A DNA stretch of 64,000 nt from Vitrella brassicaformis CCMP3155. Lineage: Eukaryota > Protista > Chromerida. The notes below the pieces were generated by a model that saw only the letters and a list, made by a program, of their open reading frames with translations, ran no database searches and was not told the origin of the DNA. Made by a program: the position numbers and the translations under genes. Below, in pieces: positions 37,595 to 46,900 of the stretch; positions within the stretch are counted from its first letter, which is position 1; each line of letters begins with the position of its first letter. Location of the stretch: contig CDMY01000492.1 of NCBI GenBank assembly GCA_001179505.1, positions 1,753 to 65,752 on the forward strand. The letters are read 5' to 3'.

Positions 37595-38353
37595 CTCCGA
37601 TATGACTTGACGTCATTCTCTCGAGATCTGTTGCTTCGGCACGGTCTTCGGTCGTTCCGACCACATTCCCTTCGGCAGGGCGTCTTCCCAAGCCGCCTTT
37701 GGAGCCGCAGAGTGATGGTGGAGTGCGCATGTGAGTGATGGTGGAGAACGAGTACGTCGTCCTGCGGATCACCCTCTCGGTGCCGGTCACCCTCCCGGTG
37801 AGTCCGCAGCGAGGCGACACGAGTACTCGTACGACAGCTAGCTGCCCTTCTAGCATCCTCTTCCCTCAGCCAGATCTCGCTCTTCCTCTGAGTCCGCGTG
37901 CCTTCTCGTCCTTCCAGGACTCACCCTGGTGCTGACCTACTCCTCTCCTCTCTCCCCGACTGACCGGTTGCATATCAGGGGATGCTTTTGAGGGTTATGT
38001 CTCACTGGGAATGCATGCACGCATATCTGCCTGAGATCTGCCTGTCTGTCCGTCTGTGTTGTCTCTCTAGCCTCCCAGTGTGTGCCTACGTATCCGCCAC
38101 AAGGTCCGTCCCCTCGCCGATCACATACTAAGGCAGACAACACGTCCACACCCGCACATCGGTCAGGAACACGGGACACTCACTCAAAGCGGACGGCACG
38201 AAAGCATGTGTGTGGCTGGCTATCTCTCTCTCTCGGTTGGCTGAGATCAGTCGGTGATCTGGTGTGTTTGCGTATGGATGGCTGGTATGGTTCTCGGGTG
38301 GGTTTGACAGTTGCCAGAGAGAGGACATCCACACCATAACACTTTCGTAACAC

Positions 38354-38367
38354 TGGTGCATCTGCCG
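38354..38367 (+). promoter_or_regulatory. Putative primer-binding site (tRNA-Gly-like)
   Basis: TGGTGCATCTGCCG, 1 nt after ..GTAACA; complementary to a tRNA 3' end CGGCAGAUGCA-CCA, similar to eukaryotic tRNA-Gly ends. Confidence 0.5.
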
Positions 38368-38744
38368 TTCTTTTTTTTCCATTCGCAGGTCTGTCGTTTG
38401 GCTGCGAGGGGTGTGGTCTGCCCATGGGCGTTGTCGTCATTGTGTTTGGTGTTGGTTTGGATGGATGTGTATCGGTCTGGATGAGAGCGAGATGGTGTCC
38501 ATGTGGCTGTGGGGAGGATCAGATCAGCCGCACATAACGAGCCAGCCTCAGCCAGATCTACCACGAGAGCACCGGCATTCAACGTTGCGTCATCTCTGCT
38601 GTCCGCTGCTGTCGTTGCTGTCGTTGCTGTCGTTGCTGTCGTTGCTGTTGGGACGTGTGCTGGTGGTCGCAGGTTGAGTTTGTTTCGGTGCGAACAAGAT
38701 GACGACTTCTCCCCCCTCCTGGACTGACTGGCTCGATCTCATCT

Positions 38745-38884
38745 ACAGGCGCACTGATCTCATCTACGCCTGCTACGTCGACGACATCATCGTCGCTTCC
38801 CGCACCCCTGCTGTCCTCTTTGAGCTGCTCTCTCACCTCAAACGCGTCGATCGGCTGTCCTCTGCTGCCTGGCGTGTGCGCTGA
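38745..38884 (+). pseudogene. Short Gypsy-type RT remnant
   Basis: LIYACYVDDIIVASRT...LSHLKRVDRL. Confidence 0.7.
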
Positions 38885-38995
38885 CCGTCCCGTTCGAACT
38901 CGTGAAGTCCTCCTCGAACTCTGAAGCCCTCCTGATGCCCCTGCGTTGTCTGGTGTCTGTAGCTGATCCTCGTCTGCCCGCTCTCTGCTGTTGTC

Positions 38996-40309
38996 ATGTC
39001 CAAGCCCTCGTCCAAGCCCTCGTCTCGTCTTCGACCTTCTGATCTCGTTCGTGGCCCCCTGCTCACCCACCACACGGCGTCCGAAACCATTCGCGAGAAA
39101 CTCAACCGCTGCCTCAGGAGAGTGGATTACGACCGACGAGACGAGTACGAGCTGGTGGGGTTTCTCTACGCTAAGGAGCAGGTCATTGACGAAATCGATG
39201 AGCTCGATGAGCGCCGCGATTGATCGGGTATCTCACGGAGGGAGTACGGCGAGAGGGTGAACGACATGCGTCGCCGTCTGACACATGTGCAGCAGGAGAT
39301 CCAGCGTCGCACGGCGACTCGGCGACCCCCCTCCTCTCCCCCTCCCCGCACTCGTGCGCCCCGTCCCCGGTCTCGTTCTCGTTCGCGACATCTCTCGCCG
39401 CCCTCATATCAACGTGTCACGATCGACAGGAGCGGTGATCGTCGTCTGGACAGGAGGTCTGGTGATCGTCGGTCGCAGCGTCACGGTGGGGTGGAGCTCA
39501 AGCCTGCTGCTGTTGTTCAAGCAGAGGAAGCGGCGCGTGTGCAGACGACCGAGCCCGCTGAGCCGTCTCAAGCACCCGAGACCCAGCAGCCCCCCACACA
39601 GCCACAGACGACCACACCACAGCCCTCCCACGCCACGTCTGAGCAGCAGCACACGTACAACCCCGACACCGAAGAGGTCGGCGACCAGGAAGATCAGGAC
39701 GACGAGGAGCAACAGGAGGACTCTGAGGAACAACAGGAGGACGAGCAGCAGCACGAGGCCATCGAAGAAGCCGAAGAAGAAGAGCAGGAGACCGAGCGGG
39801 AGCAGCAGGAGGAGCCCACAAGCGACGAGCAACTCCCTACCCACCAGCAAGGTGCACAAGACAGTGCCTCTCAAGACCCCGCCCCCCACCCGACTCCCTC
39901 TCCCCCTCCCGCCCACGTCCCCCTCGCCCACACTCCCAAACTACCTGCTTGCACTCCCACTCGTGGTGTCTTCCCCCTAGAAGCGGCGGTCCAGGAGCAG
40001 CTGCAGTTCTACGTGCACTCTGTGGACCAGCTGTTCTTCACGGGCCTCTGGTTGTGCGGCCACTGCGATTATCAGACGGTGCGAGGTGCGTCGATTCAGC
40101 AGGGCGGAGAAGCGGACTTCTGGTTTCAGCCGCCGGCGTGCTGTGTCAAGTGTCAGAGCCCCCCACACAGGGCATACCCCTCAGCGGTCCCGGCATTCGC
40201 GACTGGCCCGTGGAACAAGGTCTACGACTACTCGCAGTTCCCCCCAGCGCAGCTCAGCGAGGAGGGTAATGAGGCTCGCGGCCAGCACATCGTAAACCTC
40301 GCGAAGTAA
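38996..40309 (+). CDS. Extra 5' ORF (ORF0) of the Gypsy element; one in-frame TGA at 39221
   Basis: ORFs 38996-39223 and 39257-40309 share a frame; RS-rich and E/Q-rich segments; C-terminal CGHC-x-CVKC. Confidence 0.65.
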
Positions 40310-40566
40310 TCCCACACCCACTACTTCGACTCCTTTTTGCTGCCCCCCTTCCCCGACCCCTTTTTCCTGCTGATCGCCGCTGCTGCCTGTGGTGTGCTGC
40401 TGACCGACGGTGTCGCTGCTGATCGTGTGTGTATTGAGGGACTCGTCTGGCGCTGCGTGTGAGCTGGTGGTGGATCGATCGCTGTCTGGTGTTGATAACT
40501 GAGAGACCTGTGGTTGGTCCGTTCATAGTGGGACTCGTGTGTATATCGTGAACAAGCGGTCCATCC

Positions 40567-40642
40567 CATCCTTCCTGTTCGAATCCATCCTTCCTGTTCG
40601 ATCCCATCTTCCTGTTCGAACCCGTCATTCCCGTTCGAATCC
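40567..40642 (+). repeat. 19-bp tandem repeat x4 just upstream of the gag ATG
   Basis: CATCCTTCCTGTTCGAATC-like units. Confidence 0.85.
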
Positions 40643-40648
40643 ATCATC

Positions 40649-43600
40649 ATGTCACGTGCACAGCCACATTCGTCCATGCATACGAGTGACAGCATCTTGG
40701 GGCCCATGCCGTCACGTGGCCCACCTGACTTCAATGCTGCTGCTCCATCCCGCCCCTCATCATTACATGAATCAACTGCTGCTGTTCATGCTGCTGCTGC
40801 TCCATCACATGCATCACATGACCCATCTGCTGCTGCTGCTTCATCCCATCCACTACAGGCACCACCGCCACAAACACCACATACACCTGCACACATCGCA
40901 TCACGTGCTGCATCATCGGGCCATTCGAGGAGGAATGTCGTCACACCTGTGGAGGGAGATGGGCAGCCGTCCAGCCGTCTCGCTGCAGCGAATGCAAAAG
41001 CGTCGATCACGGCATGGCGGGCGTCGGAGAGGTTACAGGGGTTCTTTGAAGGCCCCAGCGCGCCCAGTGGGCCTGCTGCTGGTCAGCTGGATCACACCCT
41101 CCCTCCGCGTGAGGTCGCGGCCGAGCCCCACCGGCTGAATACTATGCAGCTGCGCAATGGGAGCCGTATCCCCACATCTCCAAGCACGAATGCCCAAGCC
41201 GTTGTCTGTGCTCACCCATTCGCTGGCGAGGCTCGGGGGGGCCCTACCGTTTCCACCGAGAGAGCTGCTGCGGGGCTGTCGGACGGGCTGGACAGGTCGA
41301 CTTCGAGAGGCACAGACAGGCGGAGACGGAGCGATGATAACGAGGGAGACGTGTTTGATGACGAGGGTGACCAGGACGGCCAGGACTCCCCTTCACCATC
41401 GCCGCCCACCACAAGTGGGCAGTCGGGTAGGGAGGCCCCAGGACGGGCGTCCGCTGCTGCACAGCCGGTTGCCGTGGCTGATGGTGGTGGTGCTGAGGGT
41501 GACGATTCACCTCGGACGGTCAGGCAGCTCGACACCTCGCCTGACACTCAACCACAAGCAGAGGCACAAGGACGACCGTCGCATGGACCTGCCCACCGGC
41601 GAGAGGGTGACACGTCGGATGAATCGATGACTGTTAGTAGAAGAGAGTTTGAGGCGATGCAGGCGGAGCTGGCCAGGTTGAGGCAAGGGGCATCCTGCCG
41701 TAGCACTCCTGCGTCGGTATATCAGCGCACTCCTGGGGAGCTCCGTCTTCGGCCACGAGTGTCTGTGGTGGTCAAGTATGGCGACATTCGCAAGTGGGAC
41801 TGGGCTCAAGTGCTGCCTGTCTTGTACCCACCCACCACGGATGCGGATCTCTTGTTGGCGACCTTGCAGGAGCAGATGGAGGTGTTGGAAGGCCTCACTC
41901 ATGCGGAGAGGCGGAGAGTCTTCTGGGATTGGGTACAGAGAGCCGAGGAAGAAGGCATCGTCCGCTACGATGACGGCGCCGGAACGCTCACTCGTGTCAT
42001 AGCGGACCGGCCAGGCTGCAGAGTCAGTCCCATCCATCTCCCGGAGGTCTCGGAGATCCCCACCCGCCCACCCGGTCGCACGGCATCGATTCCCCCGGGC
42101 GCGTCTGCTGTGTGTGCGGGGGGTGCGGTCGCACGCGGAAGAGCTGCTGCACGCGAGAGGGGCACTGGAGGGGCTGGACGAGAGGCGGAAGCACACCAAC
42201 AGCACCAGCCGGAGGTGAGGCACCCGCAGCAAAACCCCCGCCCACATAATACCCAGCCCCCAGCAGGCGACTCAAGGACCGCAGGGCAGCCAATGCAGAA
42301 CGCATCTTCGGCTCAGCAAAACCACCCACATAATGCACCCAATGAGGACCGCCAGCCGCCCCTCCGTATCTTGCAGCGAACGTCTGCCGAGGCAAAAGGA
42401 TCAGGGGACCAACACGTCCCCTTCACCGCAGTACAACACTTCGAGGCCCCGCCCAACGTCGCAGCGTCCAGCCAGCAAGTCCACCACACTAACCAGCGGA
42501 CACGTGCGGCCGCTGCATATGCAACAGCCGGCGGCAGCGGCGACCCAGATTGGCCACACAGAAATCCTGGGGACCGTGACAGTGGACGTGGCAACAACGG
42601 AGGACGTGGGCCTGATGGTGGAGGGAATAGTGGAGGCCGCCGCGAAGGTGCTGGTGGAGAGGGCCGGCGGGGTGGTGATCGTGATAGGGACCGACGAGAC
42701 GATCGCCGACGAGATGAGAGGAGCCGTGACGGACACCTCAGCCCCGTCCTCCAGGATGTGTTCGAGAGAGAAGATGATGACTTGGGCAGGGAGTGGGAGG
42801 ATATGGTGGCTCGCGAGCGCGCGAATCGAGCGCATGAAGAGAGGCTGCGACGAGAGGAGGAACGTGAGCAGCGGCGGCGGGCGATGAAAGAGCTGAAGCC
42901 GTCCCCTTTCAGTGGCGATGATGGGATGCCGGCAAAGGAGTGGTTGAGAGAGTTGGAAATGTGGTTCGACGAGGCTGCCGTAGTCATCCAGATGAGGCCG
43001 CAGATGTTCCACAAGCAGCTCAAGCCAGGAAGCAGTGCAGCCGCTTGGTGGTACAACTTGCCAGAGGTGACTCCCGGCAGCTGGAATGAGCTGCGGGAGG
43101 CATTCATCGAACAGTACGTGCCACGCGCAATCTCAGACCTCATCTATCGACAAGACCTGAAGCGGATGCGGATGGAGGACAATGAGACGATCGATGCATT
43201 CACCAAGCGTTTCAACATCCAATGCACGAAGGTCAATGGCCTCACCGATGACGAGAAGAGGACGAACTATCTGTCCGCATTGGCTCGACCGGTGTACAAC
43301 GCCATGAAGCCGTTGCTGATTGGGAAGAACGACCAGGAGATGAAGAAGGTCAACTATGCCTACCTCTGTATGCTCGCCCGCGAGGCAGCACCTGAAAAAT
43401 ACCGGAAGAGCGACACTTCAGATACAGCTGACCGTGACAAGCGCCCCAACAAATCGAGCAATCGCCGCGGCGACAAACCTCCACGCCCTCTCTTCGCCGC
43501 AACGAGCACCGACAACGCTCTCGCCTCACTAATGGCCGTGACGACCCCCGCACTGCTTGCATCACTGCAGCAGCCCGCCACCATAGCAGCCAAACAGGAC

Positions 43601-44131
43601 GATAGTGAGGATGAGGATCAAAGGGAAGAATATGAGGAGGAAGAGGAGGACGACGACGACGAGGCGGATGAGTTGACCACGGGCAAGACATCGATTGGCA
43701 GCACCACAGCCGACCAACTCACAGCTGCCCAGGCAGTGGCTGCCCTCCAGCTGAATGCCCTTAGCAACCCCATGCTCGCCCTCGCAAATCCTCTGGCTGC
43801 CCTTGCCAATCCATTCGCTGCTCCACTGGCGGCTCCGCTCGCCGCTCTCTTCAACAAACCCCAAGGCCTCTCAGACACTCGACTCGACGAACTCTGCAGA
43901 CAGAACCCAAAAGCCAAGGACAATCTGAAGAAGTTCCCGTGTGAGCACTGTGGACACCCATCCCATTCCATGATGACCTGCATCAAGCTCAAGAAGCTGC
44001 TCGTGGAGGCATGCGACGATCCATCGCGACGTCAGTCTGGCCCGCAGAGAGGAGGCGCACCCGACAAGCCCACCAAGTCGCCGCCTCCTCGCAAGCCACC
44101 TGAGGAAAACGAGAAGCCTTCGCGCCCCTGA
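40649..44131 (+). CDS. gag: Gypsy Gag, 1160 aa with long N-terminal extension
   Basis: PSPFSGD..AKEWLRELE..AAAWW..SWNELREAFIEQY..ETIDAFTKRF; CEHCGHPSHSMMTC (CX2CX4HX4C). Confidence 0.92.
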   Translation: MSRAQPHSSMHTSDSILGPMPSRGPPDFNAAAPSRPSSLHESTAAVHAAAAPSHASHDPSAAAASSHPLQAPPPQTPHTPAHIASRAASSGHSRRNVVTPVEGDGQPSSRLAAANAKASITAWRASERLQGFFEGPSAPSGPAAGQLDHTLPPREVAAEPHRLNTMQLRNGSRIPTSPSTNAQAVVCAHPFAGEARGGPTVSTERAAAGLSDGLDRSTSRGTDRRRRSDDNEGDVFDDEGDQDGQDSPSPSPPTTSGQSGREAPGRASAAAQPVAVADGGGAEGDDSPRTVRQLDTSPDTQPQAEAQGRPSHGPAHRREGDTSDESMTVSRREFEAMQAELARLRQGASCRSTPASVYQRTPGELRLRPRVSVVVKYGDIRKWDWAQVLPVLYPPTTDADLLLATLQEQMEVLEGLTHAERRRVFWDWVQRAEEEGIVRYDDGAGTLTRVIADRPGCRVSPIHLPEVSEIPTRPPGRTASIPPGASAVCAGGAVARGRAAARERGTGGAGREAEAHQQHQPEVRHPQQNPRPHNTQPPAGDSRTAGQPMQNASSAQQNHPHNAPNEDRQPPLRILQRTSAEAKGSGDQHVPFTAVQHFEAPPNVAASSQQVHHTNQRTRAAAAYATAGGSGDPDWPHRNPGDRDSGRGNNGGRGPDGGGNSGGRREGAGGEGRRGGDRDRDRRDDRRRDERSRDGHLSPVLQDVFEREDDDLGREWEDMVARERANRAHEERLRREEEREQRRRAMKELKPSPFSGDDGMPAKEWLRELEMWFDEAAVVIQMRPQMFHKQLKPGSSAAAWWYNLPEVTPGSWNELREAFIEQYVPRAISDLIYRQDLKRMRMEDNETIDAFTKRFNIQCTKVNGLTDDEKRTNYLSALARPVYNAMKPLLIGKNDQEMKKVNYAYLCMLAREAAPEKYRKSDTSDTADRDKRPNKSSNRRGDKPPRPLFAATSTDNALASLMAVTTPALLASLQQPATIAAKQDDSEDEDQREEYEEEEEDDDDEADELTTGKTSIGSTTADQLTAAQAVAALQLNALSNPMLALANPLAALANPFAAPLAAPLAALFNKPQGLSDTRLDELCRQNPKAKDNLKKFPCEHCGHPSHSMMTCIKLKKLLVEACDDPSRRQSGPQRGGAPDKPTKSPPPRKPPEENEKPSRP

Positions 44132-44166
44132 GGGGTGGAGTGCGAGGGCCCATCTCACCACCCCTC
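44104..44166 (+). promoter_or_regulatory. -1 programmed ribosomal frameshift signal (G_GAA_AAC plus H-type pseudoknot)
   Basis: Heptamer 44104-44110 in gag frame; stem1 44116-44123/44142-44149; stem2 44130-44138/44158-44166. Confidence 0.78.
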
Positions 44167-46068
44167 CCCCTCATGCATACGACTGACCCACCTGCTCGTG
44201 CGTGTAATGGGGATGCGGCCGTTGACGACGGACGTGACGGATGTGACGGGGATGCGGACTGCTCTGACGTGGCATCGTCGATGAGTGCGTGTGGCGCCTC
44301 CTCCGATGGGTATCATCTGAGTGGATTTGTCGACGATCAGCCGACAGACGGGTTGCGAGAGGGGGCTGCTGGGGATGTCGATGCTGATTCGCAGCCGTCT
44401 GCCGGTCCGGCTGTTGTTCGTGCTGAATGCCCTTCATACCTGCATGCTGCCCGCCACCATGTCGCCCGCCTTGTTCGTACTCATCCATTTGCCATCTTGT
44501 ATGAGGGGCCGGGCGACGCATTCAAGGGACATCTGCGGCACCGCCGACAGGGGGGTCGGCGCCAGAGGAACTCGACTCACGCGGCTGCCGGGCTTCTTGC
44601 AGTGCTGCCTTCGGCGGGCCTGCTGATGTCACCAATTGGGGCGTTGGGCGTGGGTGCATGCGGGAGGCAAGGAGATCGTGGGAGTTGCCAGGAAGGTCCA
44701 CGCTCGTCTACTCAGTCGGAGCCCCAACCAAACACAAGCCAGCCGTCCTTCAGCGGGCCGTCACTCTGCTCGTTGGCTCAGGATCAGCCACCATCGCCAG
44801 CGTCACGGTGCCAGATCCTTCTCGGCAGGGAGCCTGAAGATGAAGGCACGACACACACAGCCGTCGACAGAAGCCCCCCCTCCCCAAGGCAGGACACTGC
44901 TACCCTTCCCCTTGCTTCTGTTGACCCACCGTGTGGCGAATGGGCGGAGCTGGTCAACCCCTCCTCTGACGATGAGTCGACGTGCAGCTCGACTGCCCGA
45001 GGAAGGGCTCGGTCATATGATGGATGGGACACCCCATCGCTCGCCGCCCTGCCAGAAACACCGGACCACAATGTGTGTGTCCTGACCCCTACCCCACTCG
45101 TCTCCCCTGGACACTCACCTGGCAGGGATCGAGACCCTGGCTGGCGGCACTTGTGGGTGGAAAGACGGCCCCGTACGCATAAAGGTGATGATCATCTTCA
45201 CGCGTTGGCATCTCTGTGGATGGAGATCGACGGTGATGGAGCGTCGTCTGCCGTTGACAGCAGCACCCCCTTCCTCCCCTCCTCGTCTTCTTCGACCTCG
45301 TCGAGCCTTGCCTCTTGGGACGCACGCGAGAGCTGCCGGACCGACGATCGACGACGAGCATTCATGGCGTCCCTGGTAGAGGCGCTGAAGACGAAGGAGG
45401 AGAAACTCAGAGCTGCATACGAGGAGAAAGGCAAGAACCCCTTGGTGAAGGCTCAGCTGGGAATGATTGCTCACGTCGAGGGCATCCTGACGGCGGTCTT
45501 GGTGGACACTGGGGCGGGGCCCTCGTGCATTAGCCATGAGCTCTTCCTCCGACTGAGCCGCCTCAGCCCAGCCATCCGTGAGAGCCTTCGAGCTCGCTTC
45601 ACCCCACTTGATGACACGATCGTTCCAGAAGGCGACCAGAACACCCCTCTCGCCGTTGTCGGAGTGGTCCGTCTACGTGTGGGCAACCACAGAAGAGACA
45701 ATCTGTGGCCGTTCCGCATCGTGAAGGGGCTCTGTGCACCTGTGATCGTGGGCATGGATATGTTGGGGTTCGCTTCTGCCTTCAACATGCGCAAGCAACG
45801 CCTGCGGCTGCCTGGCTTCCCTCAGTTCCATCTGATCGGTTATCCTGACGCCAGGGCGCGGGTTGGTCTTGCAATGCCTCAGGCGGCTCCAGCTGCTGAT
45901 ATGGCCTACCGATGTGAGGACCTTGGGGATGTCTTTGATCGTCTGTGCCCATTGCATGCACCTGAGGAGACACCATCCATGTACACACCCTCTTTGGATT
46001 CATCTTCGTTTTCGACGTCACCGTACCCACCGTCTGTGTCGCGACATGCATTTGTTTGCAGTCAATGA
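44104..46068 (+). CDS. pol: Pol N-terminal part: long linker plus aspartic protease (-1 frame relative to gag)
   Basis: Frame open from 44104; AVLVDTGAGPSCIS..PFRIVKGLCAPVIVGMDMLG. Confidence 0.85.
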   Translation, partial: GKREAFAPLRGGVRGPISPPLPLMHTTDPPARACNGDAAVDDGRDGCDGDADCSDVASSMSACGASSDGYHLSGFVDDQPTDGLREGAAGDVDADSQPSAGPAVVRAECPSYLHAARHHVARLVRTHPFAILYEGPGDAFKGHLRHRRQGGRRQRNSTHAAAGLLAVLPSAGLLMSPIGALGVGACGRQGDRGSCQEGPRSSTQSEPQPNTSQPSFSGPSLCSLAQDQPPSPASRCQILLGREPEDEGTTHTAVDRSPPSPRQDTATLPLASVDPPCGEWAELVNPSSDDESTCSSTARGRARSYDGWDTPSLAALPETPDHNVCVLTPTPLVSPGHSPGRDRDPGWRHLWVERRPRTHKGDDHLHALASLWMEIDGDGASSAVDSSTPFLPSSSSSTSSSLASWDARESCRTDDRRRAFMASLVEALKTKEEKLRAAYEEKGKNPLVKAQLGMIAHVEGILTAVLVDTGAGPSCISHELFLRLSRLSPAIRESLRARFTPLDDTIVPEGDQNTPLAVVGVVRLRVGNHRRDNLWPFRIVKGLCAPVIVGMDMLGFASAFNMRKQRLRLPGFPQFHLIGYPDARARVGLAMPQAAPAADMAYRCEDLGDVFDRLCPLHAPEETPSMYTPSLDSSSFSTSPYPPSVSRHAFVCSQ

Positions 46069-46559
46069 GCGTTGTTCATTGGCTTTGCATGGTTGTGCTC
46101 CCTTTTGTTTGCTTGGTACGGACTGATGCTTAGACGAACTTCGTCGCCCGTTCTAAGTATAGACTTGCCTTTCACAGTGAGGCAGTAGTCGCGGAGATAG
46201 ATAGCGATGGCCACAATCATAAAAGGAATGCCAGCAGTTCTGCTCTCCATGGGTTGGACGGGCGGGGAGAGGGGGGGCGATAGAAGTGCGTGGGTTGGTG
46301 AAAGTAATGGCGTGAGATGAGTGAATGTATGGGAGAGAGAGTGCCGTCCGCACGTCTCATTCTTCTGCCTCACGCACAGAGAGAACCAGTGAGAGGACAG
46401 AAATCATAATGCGATGGCTGTCTCCCTTTTTTCCTTGCGTGTGTGCTGTCTTCAGTCCTCACTGACCGGTGCGTGAGCTTCAGGGTTTGAGTGAGTGAGT
46501 GGGGTCTGCTCTGTCTGTCTGTGTGTAGTTGTGTCTTCTTGAATGATTCGCTTGGCCTT

Positions 46560-46900
46560 TTCTGCTGTCTGCAGGGCGAGGAAGCCGAACAGCCACATCG
46601 AAGGTTTCTGGCGTTCTCATGCTCCTGCCCCATCATGATTGGCTGTCCCTGTTGATTCACTATGGGCTGACCGTTGCCATCCGTCCGTGGCACAAGTATC
46701 TTCACCGGCGGGACGTCTTCATCCGTGGTTGGTAGGTAGATCTTCATGTTCATCTCTCTTGCTGCTAGATAGGCTCTCAAGATAAAATCACATTCGCGCC
46801 ACTTGATATCGCCACTCCTGCCGGTAAGATGGGGAAGGTGGTTTTCGTCTCAAGATTGAGTGTGGTCATCTTTGTTGTCGTTGTTGTTATTGTCTTTCTT
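46560..46900 (-). mobile_element. Possible Copia-like gag N-terminal remnant
   Basis: LPHLTGRSGDIKWRECDFILRAYLAARE resembles Copia gag LP.L.G..Y..W...MRAYL.A. Confidence 0.35.

Larger units (their letters stand above)
38340..46068 (+). mobile_element. Ty3/Gypsy-like LTR retrotransposon: extra ORF + long gag + protease; RT/IN absent (truncated)
   Basis: LTR-end-like CGTAACA plus PBS, Gag capsid, CCHC knuckle, -1 frameshift signal, retropepsin LVDTGA..VIVGMDML. Confidence 0.85.

Noticed and set aside
37940-38352. Full 5' LTR of the Gypsy element
   Set aside because: The 3' end (..CGTAACA) is plausible, but no matching TG.. start or second LTR is present in the window
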